From NCBI GenBank assembly GCA_963802945.1, contig CAWDKY010000024.1:29489-93488 (forward strand): DNA of 64,000 bases, given 5' to 3'. Position numbers and translations under genes: made by a program. Under the pieces are notes generated by a model. That model ran no database searches. It was not told where the DNA came from and saw nothing but the letters and a program-made list of their open reading frames with translations. This document shows, in pieces, positions 12,036 to 24,899 of the stretch (its first letter is position 1; the number at the start of each line of letters is the position of its first letter). Origin of the DNA: an uncultured delta proteobacterium. GTDB lineage: Bacteria > Desulfobacterota > RBG-13-43-22.

Positions 12036-13146
12036 ATGCCTCCTCACTCGGAAAATGAATTTGAATTTCCCTCAAAATTCCCGGAACTCCGTCTGGTGGC
12101 CTGGGAGGTGACCCGGCGATGTAACCTGTCCTGCCTTCACTGCCGGGCCTCGGCTGAATCAGGACCTTACCTGGATGAATTAAGCACAGAAGAAGGTTTC
12201 CATTTCATGGAGCAAATCCGTGAGGTCGGGAGGCCTGTGGTTATTTTAACCGGGGGGGAACCTTTGCTTCGTCCTGACATATTTGATTTGGCCCGATATG
12301 GGTATTCTTTGGGCCTCCGGATGGTCATGGCCGTCAACGGGACGCTGCTGGATATTGAAAACGCCTTTAAGCTGAAGGCATCGGGTATTCAAAGGATCAG
12401 CATCAGCATGGATGGCGCTACGGCCGAAAGTCATGATTTATTTCGCCAGGTCAAAGGGGCTTTTAATGGGGTCATTAAAGGAATCGAAGCGGCCCGGGCC
12501 GCTGAGTCTGGAGTTTCAGATCAATACTACCATAACCAGGCATAATCTGCATGAGCTGGCCAGGATTCAGGAAAAGGTTATTGAGTTTGGAGCCGCAGCC
12601 CATCATATTTTCATGCTCGTTCCCACCGGAAGGGGCCGAGCCCTAACCGATCAAACCATATCTGCCGAGGAGTATGAAGAGACTTTAACCTGGCTGGTCA
12701 AACAAAAAGACGAAATCCCCTTGTCCATCAAAGCCACTTGCGCCCCCCATTATTATCGAATTTTAAGAGAAACAGCTCATAAGGAAGGAAAGGAAATAAC
12801 TTTTAAAACACATGGATTAGACGCTGTTACCCGTGGTTGTCTGGGAGGGGTCGGTTTTTGTTTTGTCTCCCATGTTGGGCAGGTGCAGCCCTGTGGATAT
12901 CTGGAAGTGGGATCAGGAAATATTCGAAAACAAACCTTTCCCGAAATCTGGGAATCTTCCCCGGTCTTTCTGGCCTTAAGAGACCAATCCCAATATCTGG
13001 GCAAGTGCGGTCAATGTGAATACTTCAGGGTTTGTGGAGGCTGCCGTGCCAGGGCCTTTGAGGCAACTGGGAATTTTCTAAAGGAAGAACCTCTCTGCAC
13101 TTATCGGCCTAAAAGGCAGGTTAAAGGCGTAAGGCGAGAGGCGTGA
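12036..13146 (+). CDS. ahbD: Radical SAM/SPASM heme b synthase (one +1 frameshift near 12505)
   Basis: VAWEVTRRCNLSCLHC, KATCAPHYYR, RGCLGG.GFCF.SH.G.VQPCGYL, CGGCRARA; lies between hemB and ahbA. Confidence 0.85.
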
Positions 13147-13174
13147 GATCTTAGTTTCAAATGGTTCACATCCA

Positions 13175-13708
13175 ATGATCTCCCAACGGCCAATACCAAA
13201 ACAGGAAAAAATGGAAAAAGATAAAAAAGCCGGCCCACCTATCAAAGAACGAATCCATAAACCGGATCAGACCGACCGGACCATCCTGAATGAAATTCAG
13301 TCCCATTTCCCTATTAAGGCCAGGCCTTATCGAGAGATCGGGGAGCGGCTGGGCCTTCCGGAAAAGGAGATCATCTTCAGAGTGAACCGTATGATCAAAG
13401 GAGGAATCATAAGGCGCATTGGGGGCAATTTCAATTCCCGCAAGTTGGGATTCACCAGTACCCTTTGTGCCGCCCGGGTCCCGACTGAAAAAATACCCGA
13501 TTTTGTTAAAGCGGTTAATCAATATAGCAGTGTCACCCACAACTATGAAAGAGAGGGGGAGTACAATGTCTGGTTTACCTTTATTGCCGAATCCCAGAAA
13601 CTGATCGAATCCTATCTTAAAGAAATTAAACATCGGACTGGGGTCAAGGACTTAATAAATCTTCCGGCAGTGAACATTTTTAAGATTCAGGTTGACTTTG
13701 AAGTTTAA
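13175..13708 (+). CDS. ahbA: Siroheme decarboxylase subunit alpha (AsnC/Lrp-like)
   Basis: LNEIQSHFPI.ARPY, IIRRIGGNF, STLCAA, VTHNYER...YNVWFT. Confidence 0.88.
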   Translation: MISQRPIPKQEKMEKDKKAGPPIKERIHKPDQTDRTILNEIQSHFPIKARPYREIGERLGLPEKEIIFRVNRMIKGGIIRRIGGNFNSRKLGFTSTLCAARVPTEKIPDFVKAVNQYSSVTHNYEREGEYNVWFTFIAESQKLIESYLKEIKHRTGVKDLINLPAVNIFKIQVDFEV

Positions 13709-13726
13709 TACATTATAAGCAACAGC

Positions 13727-14317
13727 ATGGAAAACCGACTGGAAAACAGGAAAGAGCCTTTAGTTGAAGTCAGTCACATCCCGGAAGGACCTTCCTCGTC
13801 CTCTGGATACCAGCCAAGCTCCACTCAATCCTTATCTTTCAATAAATGGGTTTTAGCCCCCATCCTCCTTTTGGGAATAGCAGGCTTGGTTTTTGGCTTG
13901 TGGATGGTCATACAATCCGGGGGATTTTCAAGTAAAAAACAAACCGAATCCACAGAAATGACAACCTTAAAAGGAGAAGTTCAGAAATTGAAGGGCGAGT
14001 CAGATTCTTTGGAAAATGAAATCCAATCCTTAAAAGAAGGTCAGAAGGCTTTTGAGGAACAAACCAAAGTTCTTCAAGGGCAAGTCACAGCCCTGAAGGG
14101 CCAACTGGCGGGTTTTGCAAAAAAAAGGGATGCCTTTGAGGATAAAAAACCAGGGTCGAAGGCGGTCGCCTATAAAATAAAAAAGGGAGATACCTTACAT
14201 TCGATCGCCAAAAAATTTCGGGTGGGTCCGGATGATCTAAGGCGCTGGAACCGCCTTCCCTTAAAAGGCAACCCAAAACCAGGCCAAATCATAACTATCT
14301 ATTCCCCTACTCCCTGA
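13727..14317 (+). CDS. Membrane-anchored coiled-coil LysM domain protein
   Basis: One TM helix, coiled coil, C-terminal YKIKKGDTLHSIAKKF...LRRWN. Confidence 0.85.
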   Translation: MENRLENRKEPLVEVSHIPEGPSSSSGYQPSSTQSLSFNKWVLAPILLLGIAGLVFGLWMVIQSGGFSSKKQTESTEMTTLKGEVQKLKGESDSLENEIQSLKEGQKAFEEQTKVLQGQVTALKGQLAGFAKKRDAFEDKKPGSKAVAYKIKKGDTLHSIAKKFRVGPDDLRRWNRLPLKGNPKPGQIITIYSPTP

Positions 14318-15509
14318 ACCCAAACATGACCTTCTCGTAGGGTTCAAACATCATTTGATATAGATCCATGGCATAGCGGTCGGTCATCCCAGAGATATAA
14401 TCGGCGATGACTCGGAGGCGGGCCTGTTTGTTCCTGGCCCGTTTAAAACGAAACTTAAAAGCGGTGGGCAGCATGTCCGGTTTTTCTTCTAGATGATGAA
14501 ATATCCGGGAAATAATCATGCGGCCTTTTTCATTCATAATACAAACCTGAGGGCGTCTATACACATTTTCAAAAAGAAAATTTTTCAGCTGATTGAAATT
14601 TTCCCAATCCTGACTGGGGGCAGTCACAATAGGGATCTTTGCTTTTCTGACATCTTGAAGAGTTTTGATCTTCAGAAGATGCAAGTTCCTACGCGTCTGT
14701 TCAATGACCATAATATTGGTTTCTTCGATCAGGGTCCGGACCAATAACCTGGACTGGATAATGGTATCGGCATCATTGAACCCGGGGTAGCGATCCCCGC
14801 ATTTTTTCAACACCCGGTCAACCAAAAGGTTTTCCATTTTTGGAATATCATTCATAGATAAATACCCGGCGTTTAAGGCATCCTCCAGGTCATGGGCACA
14901 ATAGGCTAACGGATCAGCGATGTTGACGATCTGGGCTTCCAGGGTGGGGGATGGATATTTTCTGAATTCTTCGGGAACCATTGGTTGATCATAGATCGTG
15001 GAATGCCGGGCAATGCCCTCCCGGGTCTCAAAGCAAAGATTAAGGCCGTCGTAAGCCTTATATCGTTTTTCCACCAGATCAACGATTCTAAGACTTTGAA
15101 GGTTATGTTCGAATCCTCCTTCCTTTTTCATGAGCTCGTTTAAGGTGATTTCTCCGGTATGTCCAAAGGGGGCATGCCCAAGGTCATGGGCATAGGCAAT
15201 GGCTTCGCACAAATCCTCATTTAGACGGATGGCCCGGGCCAGGGTCCGGGCATGTTGAGCCACCTCCAGGGTATGGGTTAACCGGGTTCTGTAAAAATCT
15301 CCTTCACTGATTAAAAAAACCTGAGTTTTATACTGGAGATCTTTAAAGGCCTTGGAATAGAGAATTCGATCCCGGTCACGCTGAAAAGCGGTCCTGAAGT
15401 TGTCCGGTTCATCTCCATGGAGGGTCCGTCCGATACTTTTGGCACTTTTTGAGGCATAAGCGGCCAGAGTTGATTCCTCAATAGCTTCTAACTGCTCTCT
15501 AATTTTCAT
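14307..15509 (-). CDS. dgt: Deoxyguanosinetriphosphate triphosphohydrolase (HD family)
   Basis: FQRDRDRI, KTQVF, RTRLTHTLEV, AHDLGHAPFGH.GE, DYISGMTD. Confidence 0.93.
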   Translation of the reverse strand: MKIREQLEAIEESTLAAYASKSAKSIGRTLHGDEPDNFRTAFQRDRDRILYSKAFKDLQYKTQVFLISEGDFYRTRLTHTLEVAQHARTLARAIRLNEDLCEAIAYAHDLGHAPFGHTGEITLNELMKKEGGFEHNLQSLRIVDLVEKRYKAYDGLNLCFETREGIARHSTIYDQPMVPEEFRKYPSPTLEAQIVNIADPLAYCAHDLEDALNAGYLSMNDIPKMENLLVDRVLKKCGDRYPGFNDADTIIQSRLLVRTLIEETNIMVIEQTRRNLHLLKIKTLQDVRKAKIPIVTAPSQDWENFNQLKNFLFENVYRRPQVCIMNEKGRMIISRIFHHLEEKPDMLPTAFKFRFKRARNKQARLRVIADYISGMTDRYAMDLYQMMFEPYEKVMFGFRE

Positions 15510-15638
15510 AAATTTCCTTTTATTTTGTATGGGTTATATAAATATCTTTTTCCCCTCGGTTCAATTTAAAGCCAATAGGACGGCTAGATATTGTGAATTA
15601 ATCATATCAGAAATGAAGAATAAAAAAAAGTCAGTCAC

Positions 15639-15764
15639 GATGGGTTCGTAAAAGGTCGTCGAAACTCATTTTCGTCATTTCCGTAAAATAAATAATTAAG
15701 TAAATTCAAATAATTCCAAATAATAGCTCTCGCCAAAGTTACGGCTATTCCGACTTTTTACGAG
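15639..15764. repeat. MITE-like element with GATGGNTTCGTAAAA...TTTTTACGAG ends
   Basis: gatgggttcgtaaaaggtcg ... cgactttttacgag; related ends at 22854 and 54375. Confidence 0.6.
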
Positions 15765-15830
15765 AAAATTTACTAAAAAAATCCATAATATCTTAATTTT
15801 GTACTTGAATTTTAAAATTTTATGCTTATA

Positions 15831-15857
15831 TTAGCACTAAACAAAGGGGAGTGCTAA
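15831..15857 (+). promoter_or_regulatory. CIRCE operator (HrcA binding site)
   Basis: TTAGCACTA-N9-GAGTGCTAA, one mismatch to consensus, 45 bp upstream of groES; TTGAAT-16-TATATT promoter overlaps it. Confidence 0.93.
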
Positions 15858-15902
15858 TATATCCCCAAATTTTACAAATTTTATAGGAAGGAGAGTGAAG
15901 GT

Positions 15903-17834
<1,932 letters not shown>

Positions 17835-17858
17835 TTCATAATCTGAAAAATGTTTTTC

Positions 17859-17891
17859 AAAAAAGCCCTCTGGTCTCAGGGGGCTTTTTTT
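17859..17891 (+). terminator. Rho-independent terminator after groEL
   Basis: aaaaaagccctctg-gtct-cagggggcttttttt. Confidence 0.85.
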
Positions 17892-17964
17892 ATTGTAATT
17901 CTCTTGACTTCCACCTCCATTTCTGTTAAAAAGTGCCCGATTTCACCTTGTCAGAGAGGGGAAA

Positions 17965-18621
17965 ATGGCCTTACCTGTCGTAGTCGTCATTCTTGGAGCC
18001 CTTTTCTTTTGTCCTTCCTTCCTATGGGCCAAAACCATGTATATTACTGACCGAATCGAAATCAGTCTACGCTCCGGGATCGGATTGGAGTATCGTGTTT
18101 TAACCATACTTAAAACCGGTGATCGGGTTGAGGTCCTTGAAGGAGATAAAAACTGGTCGAAGGTCAAACTGCCCGATGGAATGACAGGCTGGATCAACAC
18201 TCGCTTTTTAGTGGATCAAGTCAAGATGGTTCCTTCTGTGGATCCTAAAATACAGGAAGAACTGCGTGGAGTAAAAGAAAGCAGTCAAAGTTTGGCCAGG
18301 GAAAAAGAAATTCTCATTCAGGAAAAAACCAGATATCTTAAAGAAATTGAAGAAACCAAAAATCAGATTCATTCCCTTCAACAGGAAAAAAACAAGCGGA
18401 TTTCCCCTGAACTTATTGCCCTTAAAACAAAGAATGAACAATTAGACAAGGAAGTCGCCATTTATAAAAAACAAATTGACAATATTAACCAAAAGGACAA
18501 AGGGCAACATATCGAAGAACAGATCAAATGGTTTTTAATCGGGGCCGGTGTGTTGGTTGCGGGATTGTTGCTAGGTTGGGTTTTGAGCCGGGGCCGCCGC
18601 AAACCGCATCGGTACTATTGA
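17965..18621 (+). CDS. SH3 domain-containing protein (TIGR04211/YgiM-like)
   Basis: Signal peptide, YITD...LRSG.G.EYRVL, WSKV...GW, coiled coil, C-terminal TM WFLIGAGVL. Confidence 0.85.
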   Translation: MALPVVVVILGALFFCPSFLWAKTMYITDRIEISLRSGIGLEYRVLTILKTGDRVEVLEGDKNWSKVKLPDGMTGWINTRFLVDQVKMVPSVDPKIQEELRGVKESSQSLAREKEILIQEKTRYLKEIEETKNQIHSLQQEKNKRISPELIALKTKNEQLDKEVAIYKKQIDNINQKDKGQHIEEQIKWFLIGAGVLVAGLLLGWVLSRGRRKPHRYY

Positions 18622-18874
18622 GCCTCTTGGAAAAGTATATTTCTAACAGATAAACCCCGGCGTTACGGAGGGTTATTTAATTTTAAATTTGAGACCGGAA
18701 ATACCGTCGACTTTTTCATCTTCCCCCAAAAGTCATTTTAGCTAAACCCAACATTGAAACCTCAAAGTTTGCCCTCTTCCGGGCCCATTATTTTTATATT
18801 CGAACGGCTTAGATATGGGTTGATTTCTGGTGGAGTCCTTGGGGGAGACAAGAAAGTAATTGGAGGAATTAAAG

Positions 18875-20320
18875 ATGGATAAAAAAACTGGACTTCACAT
18901 GACCGCCGAGGAATTCCGACGAAACGGTCGGGCGGTTGTGGATTGGATCGCTGATTATTATCAAAACATCGAAACTTTCCCGGTCCTTTCCCAGGCTCAA
19001 CCCGGGCAAATTCGTGATTCCCTCCCCAAGGAGCCACCCTTGAAAGGGGAAAGTTTTGAAGCCATCCTTCAGGATGTCAGCCGACTGATTATGCCGGGGA
19101 TCACCCACTGGCAGTCCCCGAACTTCTTTGCTTTTTTTCCGGCCAACACCTCCGGCCCCTCTATTTTAGGGGAGCTGCTTTCGGCCGGACTTGGGGTTCA
19201 GGGTATGTTGTGGGCCACCAGTCCAGCCTGTACCGAATTGGAAACCCATGTCTTGGACTGGCTGGCAGAGATGCTGGGATTGCCCGGTAAGTTCAAATCC
19301 AGCGGAAAAGGCGGCGGGGTGATTCAGGATACGGCTTCTAGTGCTTCACTAACCGCCTTGCTGGCAGCCCGCGAGAGGGCCACCGGATTTCAGACCAACC
19401 AACAGGGTTGCGATGGGCGAATTACGGCTTACACATCGACCCAGGCCCATTCTTCCATCGAAAAAGCGGTCAAAATAGCCGGCTTGGGGGTGAAGAACCT
19501 TCGGCTCATCGAGGTGGATGAAGGATTTGCCATGCAACCCCAGGCCCTGGCCCGGCAGATCGGGTTGGACCGTCAAGCGGGTTTGATCCCTTGTTTTGTT
19601 TCCGTCACCGCAGGAACGACTTCTTCCAATGCCCTGGATCCATTGCCCGAGATTGGAAGGATTTGCCGACAGGAAAGGCTGTGGCTTCATGTGGACGGGG
19701 CGATGTCCGGTACCGCCGCCCTTTGTCCCGAATATCGGTATATCCTTGACGGGTTGGAATCGGCAGACAGCTTCTGTTTCAATCCTCACAAATGGATGTT
19801 CACCAATTTCGATTGTGACTGCTTTTATGTGGCCGACCGGGAAACCCTAATCAACACCTTCAGCATACTGCCGGAGTATTTACGAAATAAGGCCTCCGAG
19901 TCAGGGGCGGTCATTGATTATCGGGATTGGCACATCCAATTGGGAAGGCGATTTCGTTCTTTAAAGTTATGGTTTGTTCTTCGTCATTATGGAATCGAGG
20001 GCCTGCAATATCTCGTAAGAAAGCATATTGAACTGGCCCAATCCTTTGCCCAGTGGGTTCAAGCGGACGACCGCTTTGAATTGGCCACTCCGGCCCCTTT
20101 GAATCTGGTATGTTTTCGGATGAAGAGTGATGATGATCGAAACCAACAATTACTGGAACGGCTGAACCAGAGCGGGAGTCTTTACCTATCCCATACCGTA
20201 CTCAACGGCCGATACACCCTCCGTTTCTGCGTCGGTCAAACCCATACAGAAGAGCGCCATGTTGTTCAGGCCTGGAAAAAGATTCAGGAAACGGCCACAG
20301 ATCTCCTGAGACAAGCATAA
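18875..20320 (+). CDS. PLP-dependent aromatic-L-amino-acid (group II) decarboxylase
   Basis: HWQSPNFFAFFP, SPACTELE, AHSSIEKA, LHVDGA, NPHKW PLP lysine, LGRRFRSLKLWF. Confidence 0.9.
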   Translation: MDKKTGLHMTAEEFRRNGRAVVDWIADYYQNIETFPVLSQAQPGQIRDSLPKEPPLKGESFEAILQDVSRLIMPGITHWQSPNFFAFFPANTSGPSILGELLSAGLGVQGMLWATSPACTELETHVLDWLAEMLGLPGKFKSSGKGGGVIQDTASSASLTALLAARERATGFQTNQQGCDGRITAYTSTQAHSSIEKAVKIAGLGVKNLRLIEVDEGFAMQPQALARQIGLDRQAGLIPCFVSVTAGTTSSNALDPLPEIGRICRQERLWLHVDGAMSGTAALCPEYRYILDGLESADSFCFNPHKWMFTNFDCDCFYVADRETLINTFSILPEYLRNKASESGAVIDYRDWHIQLGRRFRSLKLWFVLRHYGIEGLQYLVRKHIELAQSFAQWVQADDRFELATPAPLNLVCFRMKSDDDRNQQLLERLNQSGSLYLSHTVLNGRYTLRFCVGQTHTEERHVVQAWKKIQETATDLLRQA

Positions 20321-20356
20321 CTCTGATGACGAAAGTGTGGCGGGAGAAATCCTCCT

Positions 20357-22724
20357 TTATTCCAATCGGGCTATGGTGGCCCCTTCCCCTCCCTCGGAAC
20401 GATCCCCCTTCCGGAATTCTTTCACCAGCGGATGCCTTTTTAAATAGTCACGCACCGCCCTGGCCAGAATACCTGTACCGATGCCATGGACTAACGTGAC
20501 TTCTTGCAGACCGGCCAAAGAGGCATGATTCAAAAAAGGTTCAATCAGGGAAAGGGCATCATCAACCCTTTGGCCGATCAGATTGATTTGGGAAGGGACC
20601 GCCTCTCGGGAATCCAAAATCAATGAGGTTGTTTTTTTATCCGGTCTTGCTTGGCCTCCCTGGAATCCAACATCCGAAATGGGGACCTCGATTTCTCTGC
20701 CCTCAGCCAGCACCTTTAAACGGTTCTGTTTTAACAATACGGATAGAACCTCGGCATCAGAGCTTAAGGAGCGGATAAAAATATGATCTCCTTCCTGGAG
20801 AGATTCTATAGCCGGGCCGTTCTCGATAGCGCCTTTGGTTTCCCGCAGTTTCTTAGACAGGGCCGCTTCTTCTTCCCTTAATTTTTGAAGGGCCAGCCGC
20901 CGGTCGGCCTTGTCCTTTTTTTTGATGTCTTCCAGGAAAAGATTCATTTGCCGTTTGGTTCGAGACGTAATTTCCAAGGCCTCCTGATAGGCCTTAGCCA
21001 GGGTCTCCTTTTGCTGCCTTTCCGTATCTGAAACCACCTTTTCTATTTTCAGATTTTCCTCGGCGACGAGATTTTTAAGCCTTCTTAATTCCTCAAGGCC
21101 TGTTTCGTATTCCCTTCTTTTTTGGTTCAGATCGGCTACTAATTGTTCGAAATCTTTCTTCACGTCCTGTCAACAGCCGTTGGGCCGATTCCAGGATCGG
21201 TTCCGGCAGACCGTACTGCCTGGCAATGTCAATGGCATGGGACTGGCCCGGCTCACCCATCCGCAGTCGATACAAAGGGGTAAGCGTCTTTTGATCGAAC
21301 TCCATAGAGGCATTGACCATCCCCTCAGTACGATGAACAAACCCTTTGATTTCGGTCAAATGAGTAGTGGCCATCACCAGGGCCCCTTTGTCCTGTAGAT
21401 TTTTCAACACAGCACAGGCAATGGCCGCCCCTTCCACCGGGTCCGTACTGGTTCCCAGTTCATCCATCAGGACCAGGGTCTTTTCGTCGGCCTGATTGAT
21501 GATGTGGGTAATCCTGGAGATATGGGCTGAAAAGGTTGACAGACTGCTTTCAATGGATTGTTCGTCCCCGATATCGACCAGTAAACTGTCATACAATGGA
21601 AAACTTGAAGCCGAATCAGCCGGAACCGGCATACCGGATAAGGCCATAAGCAGGAGCAGTCCGGTGGTTTTGAGGGCGATGGTCTTCCCGCCGGCATTGA
21701 CACCGGTAATGACCATCACTGTGGAGTCGCCACCTAGTTCAAGAGTCAGAGGAACGACCTGTTTCTGCGGCCCTTTTTTTTCAAAGGAAAGGGCAAGCAA
21801 TGGATGACGGGCCTTGATCAGCCTTATCCCGCCTCCCTCATGGACCTCCGGTGTCTCCATATGAAGGCGGTCGGCCAGATGAGCTAGGCAGGCCAGGAGA
21901 TCAAGGTGGACCAGGACTTCTTGCTCGGTTTCTATTTCATCGGCCCTTTGGCGAACCATGGTGGAAAGTTCCCGAAGGATGCGGATCACCTCGGCCTTTT
22001 CCTCGGCCAAAAGATTTTCCAATTGGTTAGCCAGGCTGATGATATTCAAGGGTTCAACAAATGCGGTCTCCCCTGTCCTTGATACATCATGGACCACTCC
22101 CGGAATCTGAGTTTTAGAATCCATACGCACCGGGATGACCCAGCGGCCGGACCGTTGAGTGATGAAATCATCCTGTAAAAATGTGGCTACCCGAGGTTCC
22201 CGGACGACATCTTCCAATTTCCTCCGGATCTGGGCCTCCAGTTGCCAAATCTCTTTTCGCAATTCAGACAGCAAAGGAGAAGCTCGATCTAGGATATTTC
22301 CTTCATGATCCAGGGCCCTTTCCAGAAAGGCCAGCAGTTCAGGAAAACCCTTCAAATTCTTGGTCAGGTTTTTTATATGGGGAATTTCTTCGGCCTCTTT
22401 GATTTGGACGGCTATGGCCGAGGATAATTGTAACAGGGGTAAAAAGGCCGAAAGCTCCAAAGGGTCCAGGACCGCCCCAATGGGTCGGGCTTTTTCCAGA
22501 AACGGTTTCAGATCGGCAAAAGAAAAGATTTGGAGAGGTCGGCCTTCCGCGGAAAGTCTTCGGAGTTCTTCCACCAGGCGTTGTCTCTGGATAATGTCGG
22601 GCAGGTTTCGATAAGGGCGAATATCCGAAATGGCCTTCTGTGTGACCGGGCAATGGGCCTGCGCGGAAATGGTGTGTAGGAGTTTAGGGTATTCCAACAG
22701 GTCAAGAGAATTTTCAGAAATCAT
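20357..22724 (-). CDS. mutS2: Endonuclease MutS2 (one +1 frameshift near 21158)
   Basis: ITGVNAGGKT, DIGDEQSI...LSTFS, MDELGTSTDP.EG, C-terminal Smr domain VHGIGTG. Confidence 0.92.
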
Positions 22725-22742
22725 AAGATCGTTACCTTATAA

Positions 22743-22790
22743 AGGGGTGAAGGATTTGAGGGTTCAAGGATTCAAGTGAAAACCAAGTAA
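22743..22790. repeat. 8-bp-period element copy 5 (partial)
   Basis: aggggtgaaggatttgagggttcaaggattcaagtgaaa. Confidence 0.7.
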
Positions 22791-22961
22791 ACAGCAAACC
22801 CCCATTCCTCTTTTGCTAATATTCCTTAGTCCGAAATCCTTTCATCCTCTGATGGATTTTTTACGAGGCCGTCAATAATATCTTGCAAACAAGTCACGCA
22901 GCTTATACAAAGAGTATGAAATAAATCTCTTGGAAAGGCAATAAGAAAGCCGTTTTTCTTT

Positions 22962-23504
22962 ATGAATGAGCCATTAGGAATAGAATATCTGGAAGTGGTG
23001 GATGAAGACAACCAGATCGTTGGGAATTCGGGTCGAAAAGAAATCCATGAAAAAGGATTACGCCATCGCTCAGTCCACATCTTCATCTTCAACACCCATG
23101 GAGAACTGTATCTTCAAAAACGATCTTCTCAAAAGGACCAGTACCCGGAACATTGGGATACATCTGCCGCCGGTCACACCGATCCTGGAGAAACGCCTAT
23201 CGAGGCGGCTCAAAAGGAGTTGCTGGAAGAACTGGGGCTGAATGTGCCACTAAAAGAGGTGCTTCAATATCCGGCTTGCTTGGAAACCGGTTGGGAATTC
23301 GTCACCCTCTTTTCAGCCCGAACCGATGATCCCATTCATCTCAATCTGGAAGAAGCTACTACCGGCGACTATTTTACATCCGATCAAGTGGCCCAATTAT
23401 TGGCCGATCCCCTTCAACAAATCGCCCCTGGCTTTCGGCTATTGTATGCACTTTTTCGAAGCAGATATTCTAGACAAGTGGACCCTTCAACAAAAATAAC
23501 TTGA
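22962..23504 (+). CDS. NUDIX hydrolase (IDI type 1-like)
   Basis: GLRHRSVHIF, LQKRS..K, GH..PGE....AA..EL.EELG Nudix box. Confidence 0.85.
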   Translation: MNEPLGIEYLEVVDEDNQIVGNSGRKEIHEKGLRHRSVHIFIFNTHGELYLQKRSSQKDQYPEHWDTSAAGHTDPGETPIEAAQKELLEELGLNVPLKEVLQYPACLETGWEFVTLFSARTDDPIHLNLEEATTGDYFTSDQVAQLLADPLQQIAPGFRLLYALFRSRYSRQVDPSTKIT

Positions 23505-23774
23505 AATATTAAATAGTTTTGGTATCTTAAACAAATGACCGACCAATCCCTTTTCCTTTTGCTTATAAACTGGGTGTTCTATGGACACAATTTTTGTTTT
23601 AATAAATTTAGCCGTTCTGTTTACCATCGCTTTACATTACAATCGAGTGCTTGAATCTACTGCAACGATCATCCCTGGAAACAACTGGCATTCTGAGGTG
23701 GTATATCAGACCCAGTTCGGTCATGATTATGTTGGGTGAAAGATAGAACGTCAAAATAAAAAAGTTGAATAAAT

Positions 23775-24743
23775 ATGATTAAATTTGAATTAGAGCCCAA
23801 CAAGAAAAATATTTCAGACGAAGAATTAATCACAGACTTAAGGCAAATCGCTTCCAATTTAAAAACAGATTCATTAACCCAAAGAGAATATAAGAATCAT
23901 GGTAAATTTGGAGTCTCCATCTTTTGGTACAGATTTAACAGTTGGTCTAGGGCGTTGGCAAAAGCAGGGCTAAAAAGCAGTAGAAGTAGATCACGAATTA
24001 GCATAAAAGATACAGAATTAATTGCGGATTTAAAAAGGGTTTCTTTTGAGCTAAAAAATGATTCTGTTACTAGAGGTGAATATAACAAGCATGGGAAATT
24101 TCATAGTGCAACACTTGAGGATAGATTTGGTTCTTGGATAAAGGCAAAAGAAAAAGCAGGGTTAAAAAGGAGAGATCATCCAAGTATATCAGATGAGGAA
24201 TATTTTAAAAATTTAGAGGAGGTTTGGATAAAACTTAGTAAACAACCACATTTTTCAGATATGAAAATACCATTTTCTAAATATTCAGGAAGTGGTTATG
24301 TGCATAATTTTGGCACTTGGCGAAAAGCACTTGAACGATTTATTGAGTATATCAATAAAGAAGAAGAAACGACAACTAAGGATGAAAATTCTATTAATAT
24401 TGAAGAGAATGAACCCCTTCAAACACCAATTATAGTATATCCTAATAAAAAAATAGTTTCTGAGTCTGTAAATAAAACACCATTAACCAGGAGACCAAAA
24501 TCATCGCGAGAACCTATAAATAAACACCGAACTAAAAGGGAAGTTAATGATAAACTTAGATTTAGGATTATGAAAAGAGATAATTTTAAATGTCAATGCT
24601 GTGGCAGATCTCCAGCGCTCGACCCTAAAATAATATTACACGTTGATCACATAACCCCTTGGTCAAAAGGTGGTGAAACTACTTTTGAAAATCTTAAAAC
24701 TCTTTGTTCAAACTGCAATATAGGTAAGGGGAACTTAGAATAA
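23775..24743 (+). CDS. HNH endonuclease with three N-terminal homing-endonuclease-associated-type repeats
   Basis: Three repeats (EL..DL...Y..HGKF...F.SW..A...AGL) plus CQCCG...LHVDHITPWSKGG...NL..LC..CN; strongly AT-rich. Confidence 0.88.
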   Translation: MIKFELEPNKKNISDEELITDLRQIASNLKTDSLTQREYKNHGKFGVSIFWYRFNSWSRALAKAGLKSSRSRSRISIKDTELIADLKRVSFELKNDSVTRGEYNKHGKFHSATLEDRFGSWIKAKEKAGLKRRDHPSISDEEYFKNLEEVWIKLSKQPHFSDMKIPFSKYSGSGYVHNFGTWRKALERFIEYINKEEETTTKDENSINIEENEPLQTPIIVYPNKKIVSESVNKTPLTRRPKSSREPINKHRTKREVNDKLRFRIMKRDNFKCQCCGRSPALDPKIILHVDHITPWSKGGETTFENLKTLCSNCNIGKGNLE

Positions 24744-24899
24744 AGCGAACTTACATCCTCACCATCCTTGTCTCCGGCAGAAAAATGACATGGGATTAAA
24801 GATCAAGCCAAGGGAAAAGATGGTGCTCCGCCCATCGCTGTCCCCTTTTTAACTTTTTTAATAATTTTGTAGTATGAAACCTACTTATGAGGTGTAAAA

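Noticed and set aside
14307-15509. dGTPase as an anti-phage defence gene
   Set aside because: It has the size, composition and core-genome context of the ordinary housekeeping Dgt.
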